Positions 51,244 to 64,000 of a DNA stretch of 64,000 nt are shown in pieces. Both the position numbers and the translations under genes were made by a program. The stretch comes from Octopus vulgaris (Eukaryota): NCBI GenBank assembly GCA_951406725.2, contig OX597817.1:151900001-151964000 (forward strand), written 5' to 3'. The notes under the pieces are model-generated. The model was not told where the DNA came from. It made no database searches and was given only the letters and a program-made list of their open reading frames with translations. Each line of letters begins with the position of its first letter. The first letter of the stretch is position 1.

Positions 51244-51683
51244 GTATGTATGCATGTATGTATGTGTGTATGTATTTACGTATGTATGTATACCTGTATG
51301 TATGAATGTATGTATGTATGTATGTATGTATGTATGTATGTATGTATGTATGTATGTATGCATGTATGTATGTATACATGTATGTATGTGTGTATGTATT
51401 TACATATGTATGTATGCCTGTATGTATGTATGTATGTATGTATGTATGTATGTATGTTATGTATGTATGTATGTATTTACATATGTATGTATACCTGTAT
51501 GTATGTATGTATGTATGTATGTATGTATGTATGTATGTATGTATGTATGCATGTATGTATGTATGCATGTATGTATGTGTGTATGTATTTACATATGTGT
51601 GTATGCCTGTATGTATGTATGTTATGTATGTATGTATGTATGTATGTATGTTATGTATGTATGTATGTATGTATGTATGTATG
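51244..51683. repeat. (TATG)n microsatellite with higher-order duplicated variants
   Basis: Seen directly. Confidence 0.97.
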
Positions 51684-52263
51684 CAGAGAATAAATTAATA
51701 GATCTAAATGATAGAATTCTAGACACTTCAGCCTCTAATTTGCAGCTTTATAATTGTTTCTTCAAATATGGTTGAGACAGACTTCGCTTATCATCTTAAA
51801 CAGGATCAATTAAATAAATACGAATGAATTACTGAGGTTGTCATTTAGCCCCAGGTCAGCTGTAATCTGGCAGAACTATGATGAAAGACGTTTCAGTCAA
51901 AACCACTTCGTCTTTTATTCAGATATTAATTCATCTAGGACAAAGTTGCATTTCTTTTTCTTAACAGTAGAGTATGATTTAAAGCGAGACTGAGCTGATA
52001 TTTCTAGCAGTCCGAGCGACCACGTAGAATCTTACTCGTTCGTTACTGAGGAGTTTGGGTGTATTTGCTAATCCTCAAAAGACACGAAGTCAAAACTTAT
52101 CTCAGCTGCAAAGAATCTCAGTTGTAAGAGTTTTGTTGTATCACTAAAACCTTTGGGGGTAGAATATTTATATTAAAGCAAAAATGTTAAAGAAAGATGT
52201 AAAAGATCTTCAAGTGACAAGCGAGAATCTCGTTAAATTATTCTCTCTTTATTTACACACAGA

Positions 52264-52886
52264 CAGGGTGGGTGCTGAAAAGTTCTTGACTTTAAGGGTG
52301 TCGCGAAAGGCCTGGCTGGAGGCTCAACCTTCCGAATTCTTTCATACGGCTTAGAAGAACTGAAGAATTGTCGCCATAAAAGTGTGAATCTAAGAGGGGA
52401 ATATACACTTTTATTCTTTTACTTGTTTCAGTCATTTGACTACGGCCATGCTGGAGCACCGCCTTTAGTCGAGCAAATCGACCCCAGGACTTATTCTTTG
52501 TAAGCCTACTACTTATTCTATCGGTCTCTTTTGCCGAACCGCTAAGTTACGAGGACGTAAACACACCAGCGTCGATTATCAAGCGATGTTAGAGGGACAA
52601 ACACAGATACACAAACATATACACACACACACACATACATATATACAACGGGCTTCTTTCAGTTTCCGTCCACCAAATCCACTCACAAGGCTTTGGTCGG
52701 CCCGAGGCTATAGTAGAAGACATTTGCCCAAGGTGTCACGCTGTGGGACTGAACCCGGAACCATGTGATTCGTAAGCAAGCTACTTACCACACAGCCACT
52801 CCTACGCCTATGTTGAATACAATCGTAAATGATTCTCCTGTATTTTCCTTTACCCAAAACCAGGAACTTTTCAGCAACCCCTCGTA
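52264..52886 (+). mobile_element. Non-autonomous mariner with transposase C-terminal remnant, split by a SINE A
   Basis: TIR GGGTGCTGAAAAGTTC / GAACTTTTCAGCAACCCCTCGTA; remnant GLEELKNCRHKSVNLRGEY|VE. Confidence 0.7.
52408..52809 (-). mobile_element. SINE family A
   Basis: Reverse complement of family A. Confidence 0.9.
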
Positions 52887-52901
52887 CAATTATGTGCGTG
52901 T

Positions 52902-52966
<65 letters not shown>

Positions 52967-53088
52967 GGGGGTTTATTTCCACACAGAAAAGAATAAAAGA
53001 GAGTCAGTTTGTGGGGTTGAAAATGAACTTGAGTCTTAAAATGAATTGTAGTTTTTAAGTTTTTTGATAAATTTCTTAAAATACTACT

Positions 53089-53460
53089 CCATGCTGGAGC
53101 ACCGCCTTTAGTCGAGCAAATCGACCCCGGGACTTATTCTTTGTAAGCCCAGTACTTATTCTATCGGTCTCTTTTGCCGAACCGCTAAGTGACGGGGACG
53201 TAAACACACCAGCATCGGTTGTCAAGCAATGCTAGGGGGGCAAACACAGACACACAAACATACACACACGCACACATACATATATATATACATATATACG
53301 ACAGGCTTCTTTCAGTTTCCGTCTACCAAATCCACTCACAAGGCATTGGTCGGCCCAGGGCTATAGCAGAAGACACTTGCCCAAGATGCTACGCAGTGGG
53401 ACTGAACCCGGAACCATGTGGTTGGTTAGCAAGCTACTTACCACACAGCCACTCCTGCGC
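53089..53460 (-). mobile_element. SINE family A young subfamily, tail missing
   Basis: Diagnostic variants as at 24443. Confidence 0.88.
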
Positions 53461-53857
53461 CACTCCACGCAGCTACTCCTGCGCCACTACACCGGTATTT
53501 CATTTTTCTTTTCTTTTCTTTTTTCTTTTTTCAATGGTAAATTAAAAAAACATTGCAAAGAAGTTGGAGAGACAGGAGAAAATTCGATGAAACCTGCTTT
53601 AAAAAAAGCCAACAAATGTTCATACAATTTCAAGTATTCAATAATAGAATATAATAAGAGTTCGAATGTTCGATAAACTTCATAACAATAATGCATGATT
53701 GAAAGTTCGTGGGTTTCGAAGCAATAACTTATATTAATTAGATACGATGAAACTAGAAAAACATTACTTTTTCTTATTTCTTTATTGCCCACAAGGGGCT
53801 AGACATAGAGGGGGCAAACAGGACAGACAAAGGGACTAAGTCGATTACGTCGACCCA

Positions 53858-54801
53858 GATATTTGTCGAGATAACTTTCAAAAGTGAATTGTTAATGGTT
53901 TCAAATTTTGCCATAAGGGCAGACATTTTGGGGGATGGGATAAGTCGATTACTTCGACCCCAGTGTTTCACTGGTACTTAATTTATCGACCCCGAAAGGA
54001 TGAAAGACAAAGTTGACCGCAGCGGAATTTGAACTCAGATTGTAGCGACAGATGAAATACCTATTTCTATTATTTTACTACCCATAAGGGGCTAAACACA
54101 GAGAGGACAAACAAGGACAGACAAACGGATTAAGTCGATTATATCGACTCCAGTGCGTAACTGGTACTTATTTAATCGACCCCGAAAGGATGAAAGGCAA
54201 AGTCGACCTCGGCGGAATTTGAACTCAGAACGTAGCGGCAGACGAAATACCGCTAAGCGGTTCGCCCGGCGTGCTAACGTTTCTGCCAGCTTACCGCCTT
54301 ATGCAACCAAGTATTTTAAGAGCATTATAAACCATTATTGTGCCCCGCCTGTGTTAGCAGTATTATTAATTCGCTTTGGAATGCGGAGAGCTGGCAGAAT
54401 CGTTAGAGCAATGGACGAAATGCTTAGCGGTATTTCATCTGTCTACGTTCTGAGTTCAAATTCCGCCGAGGTCGACTTTCGGGGTCGATTAAATAAGTAC
54501 CAGTTACGCACCGGGGTCGATATAATCGACTTAATCCGTTTGTCTGTCCTTGTTTGTCCTCTCTGTGTTTAGTCCCTTATGTGTAGTAAAGAAATAGAAA
54601 TAGGTATTTCGTCTGTTGCTACATTCTGAGTTCAAATTCCGCCGAGATCAACCTTGCCTTTCATCCTTTCGGATAAATTAAGTACCAGTGAAACACTGGG
54701 GTCGAAGTAATCGACTTATCCCATCCCCCAAAATGTCTGCCTTTATGGCAAAATTTGAAACCATTATCAATTCACTTTTGAAAGTTATCTCGACAAATAT
54801 C
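53858..54801. repeat. Large inverted duplication of a SINE C dimer plus flank
   Basis: 53858-54292 versus 54388-54801; includes non-SINE flank GATATTTGTCGAGATAACTTTCAAAAGTGAATTG. Confidence 0.88.
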
Positions 54802-55547
54802 CTGTAACGGTTTTTAAGATACAGGTCAAGTCCTGACCAGTTATAAACTCAATGAAGTCAATTGTTTCCGCCCACCTGTGGATCAGAATTCTGGTTGGCC
54901 ACTGTCTCAATACGTCATACGTTTCTGGGGGGTGTTCTAATCACATAATCTAGTTTGGCAATGGTTCAGTGCTCTGGTTGGTTAACTTTTTGGTGATAAC
55001 ATTTGTTTATCAACTGTTTTGATCATTTGTTTTTGTCCACTAGTGGTCCGCTGTTCTGGTTAGTTGATCTTCTACATACGTCATTTGTTTATTTTCGTCT
55101 CTCATTTTTGACTGTTCCCTTATGATATCACTTATTTTTCTTAGGTCTCAGTCAGCTGAATGTTTATTTCTTATTTCTGGGAGTCCTGCTTAGACCATAA
55201 ATAAAATCTAACTGGTTAATCCTAAGGTGATGCATAAGATGTAATTACACAATGTAACACATGTTTTGTTTATCTGTATTTTTTAATGTTCATATATGCA
55301 TTTTTTGCCACTAAATTCAAAAATCACATTCATTTTGACGTAACATCGATAGTTATTTATTTATTCCTAATTTCATATTTGCTCGTTATATTTGTAACTT
55401 TTCTCTACAGCACTTTGTATTGTAAGGATAATTACACAACATTTAGTACTTTTTCATATATTGAAAGGTATTTAGGAAGTATAATATTAGTTAGAACAAA
55501 AAGAAACAATAAAACTCTGCACTGTAAATGCCTTGTTAACTTTTTTC

Positions 55548-56180
55548 TTAACATGAGAAGTGATTTGACGATCGAGATTTTCTGGAGTGTATACCTTCAT
55601 CTTTTCTTACTAGAGACCATATATGGTCATCATAGCATCATAGCAGTATCCCATCGTCCTTGGTATCTTCTTTCCATAGTTGCAATGTCCTGATGAAATC
55701 TTTCACCATGATCCTCACTTCATGGCGTTTCCAGTACACAGATGTCTTGCAGTCTTCCCGCAGTAGATTCCATTCCTTCAACCTTGATGAAAGAAGTTCA
55801 GCTCCTGATTTAGTAAAACCCAGATCCCTGATTAAATCATCTAGCTCACTCTGATTTGGAAAGTGAAGCTCTGAAGTCGTTCTTGGTACGAAAGCTTCCT
55901 CCATTTCTTGGTTGGTGCTACTTGTTGACTCTTCAGATGAAATATTTTCTGGTAGTAGTGGTACTCGTAAACTGTCATCATGTGAGACAGGTGCTCTAGA
56001 TGATGGTATGTCTGGATACTGAAGAGTTTGTCTTCTTTTCACTTTTCTGTACTTTGTCACATTGATCATACAAAAGTAACAGTCATCGTGATGGTTCTTT
56101 GGCTCTCTGCATACCCTTGGAATGGCAAAAGGCATTGACCTTCCTGTACCTCTTAACCATCCTTCTAGAGTAGACCGACA
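55548..56180 (-). pseudogene. Internally deleted DNA transposase, Chapaev3-like (CMC superfamily)
   Basis: N-terminal WLRG..RSMPFAIPRVCREPKNHHDDCYFC...ELDDLIRDLG.TK..AELLSSRLKEWNLL joined out of frame to C-terminal HGERFHQDIATMERRYQGRWD; family name recalled, not searched. Confidence 0.75.
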
Positions 56181-56296
56181 GTAAAGTGTTCCGAATACGA
56201 TGATCTAAAGGGAAAACTTCAGGTGCCAATATGTGTGTGTGTATGTATGTATGTATGTATGTATGTATGTATGTATGTATGTATGTATGTATGTAT

Positions 56297-56670
56297 GTCT
56301 CTTCTATTTTTTAATTATTATAAATCTCCCACTGAGGAGGGAGCCGGTTTCCAACAAAGATACAAGGCTCCATATCTGGGATGTAGTTAACACTGACAAA
56401 TTCACATTTGGTACTTGAGAAAAGTCTTGCACATTTTTACTGTTCCACTCACAGATTGCACTTGTTATGTACGAATTAGCCGGTCGATAATCCCAGTTTA
56501 TCCAGATTCTCCTCTAAGCATTTACTAACGAAAACTAGTGCTCCAATTATTATTGGTATGAATATGAATTCATAGTCTGGATATAGAAGCTGGAGGTTTC
56601 GAAGCAGTTGTCCATATATATCCTCTTTATCTTTGATTAACAAAGAGATATTTATATCTGCAGGGCAATG
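56297..56670 (-). mobile_element. R4/Dong-like 3' end, second subfamily, ending in (CATA)n
   Basis: CPADINISLLIKDKEDIYGQLLRNLQLLYPDYEFIFIPIIIGAL...LDKLG, homologous to 6860-7150. Confidence 0.75.
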
Positions 56671-56704
56671 CATGTATGTACACACACACACACACACACA
56701 CATT

Positions 56705-56842
56705 GAAGGCGTGTGGCTTAGTGATTAGAGCATTCAGCTCATGACTGTAGGATCTGAGTTCGATTCCCGACGGCGCATTCTGTCCATGAGCAAGACACTT
56801 CATTTCCCGTTTCTCCAGTTCACTCAGCTGACAAAAATGAAT
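56705..56842 (+). mobile_element. SINE family B2 5' fragment
   Basis: GGCGTGTGGCTTAGTG...GTTCGATTCCC...CACTCAGCTGACAAAAATGA. Confidence 0.7.
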
Positions 56843-57079
56843 TAAACTTATAAAATCCGTTTAGAAGCTCTCTAAGCTCTTCTTTATCCATTGCTCTGGT
56901 TTTCTGCCTCATCCTGCCTTCCACTTCCAGTTCTTGGCTAAGCTGTTACCATTACTGGAAGAATGCCCAGCTGTAAAAACACTAACTTCAAAAGTATGCA
57001 AATGTCGAAACTTTCAGACTCTGTCCACTCTGATACTCGAATGGAAAAGTAAATTTAAAATACGAAGATTGTGTTACTC

Positions 57080-57313
<234 letters not shown>

Positions 57314-57385
57314 TCCACACACGCGTATTTAAAAATTGTCGCTTCAAATCAGAGAATATATACTATGATATATTATTATACAGTG

Positions 57386-57426
<41 letters not shown>

Positions 57427-57427
57427 G

Positions 57428-57592
57428 ATAATTTAGGGTATCTAAGAGATACCACCTACGTTGGAAATCGCAGCCAAAACTTGACTCTAAAATCACATTA
57501 TATGTTCATACATGAACATTTAATGTGGTTTAAGAGTCAAGTTTTGGCTGCTATTTCCAACGTGGTGGTATCTCTTAGATACCCTAAATTAT
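57428..57592. repeat. 165-bp imperfect palindrome between (TG)n and (TA)n
   Basis: ATAATTTAGGGTATCTAAGAGATACCACC... / ...GGTGGTATCTCTTAGATACCCTAAATTAT. Confidence 0.88.
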
Positions 57593-57682
57593 AATTTTAA
57601 TTATAATTATTACCTTTGAAGGTTTTTATTCCCATGTTAGCCACCTTATAAGATCAGTATTTAAATAAAGATATTATCCTTA

Positions 57683-57727
<45 letters not shown>

Positions 57728-57771
57728 TTGTGTGTAGGTATATGAATGTATGTATGTAGGTATGTATGTAT

Positions 57772-57823
<52 letters not shown>

Positions 57824-57825
<2 letters not shown>

Positions 57826-57986
57826 CGCAGGAGTAGCTGTGTGGTAAGTAGCTTGCTTATCAACCACATGCTTCCAGATTCAGTCCCACTGCGTGGCACC
57901 TTGGGCAAGTGTCTTCTATTATAGCCTCGGGCCGACCAAAGCCTTGTGAGTGGATTTGGTAGACGGAAACTGAAAGAAGCCCGTCG

Positions 57987-58036
<50 letters not shown>

Positions 58037-58219
58037 TTTGTGTGTCTTTGTTTGTCCCCTCAACATCGCTTGACAACCGATGCTGGTGTTGTTGACGTCC
58101 CCGTAACTTAGCGGTTCAGCAAAAGAGACCGATAGAATGAGTACTGGGGTCGATTTGCTCGACTAAAGTCGGTGCTCCAACATGGCCGCAGTCAAATGAC
58201 TGAAACAATTAAAAGAGTA
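57824..58219 (+). mobile_element. SINE family A
   Basis: Similarity to family A. Confidence 0.88.
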
Positions 58220-58279
58220 TATATATAGATATCGTCACTTTTATCTTTGAGTGCGCAACTCGTAGTCATTTGCAACCTG

Positions 58280-58351
<72 letters not shown>

Positions 58352-58447
58352 CTGTATATATTCATTCATATAGATATATATATATTACAATCTGTATATA
58401 TTCATTCATATAGATATATACAGTTGTTTGCAATGCATACATGCATC

Positions 58448-58505
<58 letters not shown>

Positions 58506-59999
58506 CATTTGTCCATACACACATAAGTACATATATCATCAACATTAACGTCCGTTTTCCATTTGTGTGTTTATATAAACACATATACACACACGTGCAT
58601 AAATGTATGTATGTGAATACACTTGTTTTTCTTTTATTTACACATGAAGCTGTTTTCATTTCGCCGTTTCCGTATATAAAACACGCAGTTGATTTATGTG
58701 TGTGAATTTAAATGTGTGTCTATGTATGTATGTATGTATGTATGTATGTATGTATGTATGTATGTATGTATGTATGTGTAAATATGTGTATTCATGTGTA
58801 TGTGTTTAAGAATATACTGTTGTGTGTATGTGTTGTATGTTTCATTTAAGGATTTATCTTTATATTTTGATTTCCTCCTCATCACCACCATCACACACTA
58901 TCACAATCGCCGCCACCATCGCCACTATCACTACCACCCCAACCACCACCACCACCACCACCACCACCACCACCCCCAACAGTCACCTATTGGTTCTGTC
59001 TGTATACTTTCGAAGAAATCTGATAACACATTTCATGCTGGAATTTTGTGAAAGGCTGGACTATTTGTCAAAGGACTCCCTTCAGTTCTACCAAAATTTG
59101 ATACTGTTTACGATTTAGTTACAAATTTGATTTGTCAGTTTTTGGCACACCTCAACATTCCAAAAAACATCCCTATATTTAGGCTGACTTGAAGAAGTCT
59201 GAAAACCAGTAATCTCTCCAAGAACTAACTGGACAAGCCACACACTAAATTATTTATCAATATCATTTATTTTGTCCCATTTTTCAATTTAGCAGATAGC
59301 TTTTTTTTTTTTAATTCAATCATTTTCACAAATACAGTTTCTGAAAACTTATAATTTTCTGAAACTCTATTATATCTAAATAATTCCTTTTGAAAAAGAA
59401 TACACCCACACACACACACATACACACATACATACACACACACAGGACATACAGATACACATTTCAAAAGACACAGACAGGTGAAACATTTTAACAGAAA
59501 TACAGATATTGGCAAGAAGAAATAACCAAAGACATTATCAAAATTACAACAAATTTAAAATATTATATGGAGAAATTTGAAAATTTAAAAACGGATATTT
59601 CAAAAATAAATTCATATTAACCAAAATATACGTAAGTAATTTTTTTATTTTTATTCAACTATTTATATATTCCCTGGGGTTGTTAAACAGTACTTTGGTT
59701 AATTTGCTATCTTTGGATTCTAATTTCAATTATTTGGACAGGGAGATATTTTTTAAGAATTTCATTATTACTTTTTACGACTTCAATTTTTTACAGAAAC
59801 GTAAATGTTGTTTTATCATTAGGTAGACATAGCCTATAGCTACTGTCTTTCTTTTTTTTTATCTTGGTAGATGCAAAACATTTTTGTTTCTAATCAGATG
59901 CATTACTTGTGGATTATTATATTAAAAATAATGGATTGGTTTTGAACAACCAATTTATATAGTTTGAGTTCAATTCTAATGCCAGCATTTGATTACACT

Positions 60000-60500
60000 C
60001 ATCGTTTAACATCCGCTTTCCATGCTAGCATGGGTTGGACGATTTGACTGAGGTCTGATTTGACCATGCTAGCATGGGTTGGACGATTTGACTGAGACTC
60101 CAATCTGATCTGGCAGAGTTTCTACAGCTGGATGTCCTTCCTAACGCCAACCACTCTGAGAGTGTAGTGGGTGCTTTTACGTGCCACCGGCACGAGGGCC
60201 AGTTAGGTGCCGGTACGTTCTGGGTTCAAATTCCGCCGAGGTCGACTTTGCCTTTCATCCTTTCGGGGTCGATAAATTAAGTACCAGTTACGCACTGGGG
60301 TCGATGTAATCGACTTAAACCGTTTGTCAGTCCTTGTTTGTCCCCTCTGTGTTTAGCCCCTTGTGGGTAGTAAAGAAATAGGTACTGGCAACGACCACAC
60401 TCAAATGGTGCTTTTTATGTGCCACCTGCACAGGAGCCAGGTCAGTGGCACTGGCAACGACCTCGCTCGAATGTTTTTTCACATGCCACCAGCACAAGTG
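60000..60500 (-). mobile_element. Additional retroposon family (LINE-like tail) split by a SINE C fragment at 60214-60384
   Basis: CATGCTAGCATGGGTTGGACG and CTGGATG.CCTTCCTAACGCCAACC motifs, internal tandem repeats. Confidence 0.55.
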
Positions 60501-61032
60501 CTACAAAATTTCTTTTTTTTTTTTTTGTTTTTGGTCAGTAAGTGTTATTGCCAATTTGCTTCTATCTAAAAATCAAAGGAAATGGCTATTATTCCCTTCA
60601 AACCTCGCTTTTGTGACCTGGTCATCAATGGTTTGAAACTGACCTATTTTTCCATTACGTTTCAGACAGATTCAACACTGAGTTGCTGAAGCAGAAATAT
60701 CATTATAGCAAATATCCCACCCAATACTACAGATTTGCTTGTCAGTTGCTTAACCCGTAACCACTTAAGCATGTCCATTAGTGGCTGACAATATGTGCAT
60801 ATCTGATCATGAGCAAGAGTAGTGGGGGAGCATCGTAGCCATATGTTTTGAGAGGGATTGTCTGGGGCTTGAATAAATATAAGAAAAACAATGTTTGAAG
60901 TAAATATTAGCCCTTTTTCATACATTCTAGGGGTAAGCAAATAAGATATAACAGTTGCTACCCAAGGACGAAAATCGTGTCACACAGTGTTACATGTTGA
61001 TTGTGATTTATTTGGTTGTAAATCTAATTATG

Positions 61033-61285
61033 TGAAGGCGCGTGGCTTAGTGGTTAGGGTGTCAGCATCATGATCGTAAGATTGTGGTTTCAATTCCAGG
61101 ACTGGGCGACGCGCTGTGTTCTTGAGCAAAGCACTTCATTTCATCTTCCTCCAGTCCACTCAGCTGGCAAAAATGAGTAACGCTGCGATAGATTGGTGTC
61201 CCGTCCAGCTGGGGAACACATACGCCATTGAAACCGGGAAACCGGGCCCATGAGCCTGGCTAGGCTTTAAAAAGGCGCATTTATT
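61033..61285 (+). mobile_element. SINE family B2, full length
   Basis: TSD TAAATCTAATTAT. Confidence 0.88.
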
Positions 61286-62354
61286 TTTTTTAAATCTAAT
61301 TATATGTCTTACATTACCAGGAAGAAAGCAAGCTGGCAGAATCGTTAGGATGTTGGACAAAGTGCTTAATGACATTTCCTCTGACTCTTTACATTCGGGG
61401 TTCAAATTCCACTGAGATCAACTTTGTCTTTCATCCTTTGATAAACTGCCTATCAAATACTGGAGTTGATGCTACCAACTTGCACCTGCCCCTCAAATTG
61501 CTGGCTTTGTAGCAAAATTAGAAAGGATTATTTAAACCCAGTTCACTCTATAGTGAGGCTATAGTAGAAGACACTTACCCAAGCTACCATGCAGTGGGAC
61601 TGACCCAGAACCATGTGGTTGGGAAGCAAGCTTCTTATCACACAGTCACGCCTGCGCCTGTAGAATTCTAACTGCCAGCTCATCTCCTGTGACAACTTGA
61701 TAAATTTGAAATAATTTTATTCAATACATTTTTCCTGAATACCTTTCGATAATTTTGTTTTGACGTTCTTCATTATCACTTTTAATTATAATTTCGAGAA
61801 TTTATAATTGCTATTTTCTTTTTTTATTATGATAAAAATTTATGTTAAATATTTCAATATTTCATTTATCTTTTCTTTCCAACAAATTTAATCAATTTTC
61901 TTTATTATTTAATTACAATTCTAAATGGTTTCGTTTTATCTGGAAATATATTTGATTGTCCACAATTAACATTTTAATTAGTCTTTAAGCAGAATCATTT
62001 AGAATGACAGACAAAATGCCTTGCAGTGTTTAGTTACATACAACTACTTGATTCTGAGTTCAAATGCCACTAATGTTGACCTTGCGTTTCGTTTTTCCTC
62101 TGGTCTACGACATTCAGTCTTTTTAGCTTTCTTTCAATCAAAACCTTTCCATTCTTCATAGTCCTTTATGCTACAGTGGCCTCAAGCCTTGTTTGGGACA
62201 GAATCGTATCAAAAATCGTTTGATACAATACAGAACCAGTCAAGTACTGGCTCTCATTTTAAGTGATTACACTTTGCTTCAAAATTAATGGCCTTGTGCT
62301 AATGTTAGAATTCAATACATTAATCTGTTTTTTTATATTTGTTTTAACCAATAG

Positions 62355-62735
62355 GCTGTGGCCATGCTGGGGGACTGCTTGAAGAATTTTTGTTTAATTG
62401 AATGAATTGACCCCATTATTTTTTGTTTATTAAGCCTGGTACTTATTCTATCAGTTACTTTTGCTGAACCACTAAGTTGCGGGGGATGTAAACACACCAA
62501 CACCGGTTGCTAAGCAGTGACGGGAGACAAACACACACACACACACCCTCACATATATATAGAGAGAGAGAATGGAGTTTTTTCAGTTTCCATTTACCAA
62601 ACCCACACACACAAGGCTTTAGCTGGCCTGAGGCTACAGTAGAAGGCAGCTTGTCCAAGGTGTCACACAGTGGGACCGAACTTGGAACCATGTGGTTGGG
62701 AAGCAAACTTCTTACCACACAGTCATGCCTGCACC
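62355..62735 (-). mobile_element. SINE family A, diverged
   Basis: Reverse-complement similarity. Confidence 0.8.
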
Positions 62736-63385
62736 CATTAATATGTATTTAAATCTGAAGTTGATTTGAAGTCTATCTGAATATGATATTCCATCATGGC
62801 GACATCACGGTGGCTAAAAGAAACTAAAGAACTATTAATGAATTAATAATTTATCAAATTCCCTAAACCAGTGTGTAGGGATCGGGTTTTTTTTGGCTTC
62901 GCTCAATAGTTACACTTGGGAGACAACAGCGTTGGTCTATCAGCCGAAAAGTCAAATGACAAAGAAGATTATATTAGTTCATTCAATTTCCTACAAGAAT
63001 ATATGTAGCTTTATATATGTAAAGTAATTACTTTGTTTTTTTACAATTTTTGTTTTGAAAAATGGGTGCGTACTTTTTGTAGTGCTTGTGAAAAGGGTTC
63101 TGCCTTCTTGGCACTGAAACTCCAAATGAGGCTCCAACTCCAAAGGGTTAAAATGGCTAAAATGTGATTTTAGATACTCTTTTAATTGTTTCTGTCATTT
63201 GACTGCAGCCATGCTGGAGCACTGCCTTTAGTCGAGCAAATCGACCCCAGGACTTATTCTTTGTAAGCCTGGTACTTATTCTGCCGGTCACTTTTTGCTG
63301 AACCACTAAGTAACGGGGATGTAAATACACCAGCATTTCTTGTCAGGCGATGGTGGGCGGGACAAACACAGACATACAAACATAT

Positions 63386-63454
<69 letters not shown>

Positions 63455-63474
63455 ATTTTATTTTATAGAAGGAG

Positions 63475-63521
63475 CTTCTACAGGACTAGAACTGTTTCAT
63501 TCAAATGAAATCATCAGGAAG
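63475..63521 (-). ncRNA. Mirror-image copy of the same hammerhead ribozyme
   Basis: Exact reverse complement of 63523-63569 about centre 63522. Confidence 0.72.
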
Positions 63522-63522
63522 C

Positions 63523-63569
63523 CTTCCTGATGATTTCATTTGAATGAAACAGTTCTAGTCCTGTAGAAG
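63523..63569 (+). ncRNA. Type I hammerhead ribozyme, complete core
   Basis: cuuc CUGAUGA uUUC auuu GAAu GAAA CAG uucuaguc CUG UA gaag; stems I, II and III all form; predicted cleavage after GUA (63565). Confidence 0.75.
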
Positions 63570-63905
63570 CTCCTTCTATAAAATAAATTAATTTACTCTG
63601 CTATGTATTGAGTACCTTATTTACTGTGGTTAACCCCGACTCAACCCGGGACCTACATATATATATATATATATATATACATATATACATATATACGCCG
63701 GGCTTCTTTCAGTTTCCATCTACTAAATCTACTCACAACGCTTTGGTCGGCCTGAGGCTATAGTGGAAGACACTTGCCCAAGGTGCCACACGGTGGGACT
63801 GAACCTGGAACCATGTGGTTGATAAGCTAGCTACTTACCACACAGCCACTTCTGTGCCTTTGCTTTGGCACAATGATAGAAACATGTATGGCTTTGATTG
63901 GTACA

Positions 63906-64000
63906 GGCATAGCCGTGAGTTTAAGAAGTTTGCTTCCCAACCACATAGCATCAGGTTCAATTCCACTGTATGGTAATTTGGATAAGTGTCTTCCATTATA
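63906..64000 (+). mobile_element. SINE family A 5' end, cut by the window edge
   Basis: AAGAAGTTTGCTTCCCAACCACAT...GGTTCAATTCCACTG. Confidence 0.7.

Larger units (their letters stand above)
63185..63858 (-). mobile_element. SINE family A with a hammerhead-bearing insert in its (TA)n
   Basis: Halves 63185-63400 and 63690-63858. Confidence 0.85.

Overview
AT-rich eukaryotic DNA, intronic or intergenic and almost entirely repeat-derived. The SINE and microsatellite content resembles a coleoid cephalopod (Octopus-like) genome; this is inference. No intact protein-coding gene is supported, and nearly all listed ORFs are translations of microsatellites or SINEs. Contents: about 50 copies or fragments of three to four tRNA-derived SINE families, labelled A, B, B2 and C here; decayed 3' ends of R4/Dong-like, CR1, RTE and RTE-X-like LINEs; hAT, mariner and Chapaev3-like transposase remnants; non-autonomous Helitrons; several MITEs, including GG...CC elements with 8-bp TSDs and telomere-like repeats; and very many simple repeats. 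The most striking hidden signal is a set of 8-10 type I hammerhead-ribozyme-like motifs. They sit in short Penelope/retrozyme-like modules anchored in (TA)n tracts, and several lie inside fold-back palindromes. One perfect 131-bp palindrome (63457-63587) carries a complete hammerhead core on both strands. A few strong minus-strand splice sites hint at a non-coding or UTR transcript. All calls were made by eye; boundaries are approximate to about 10 bp unless a TSD or TIR fixes them.
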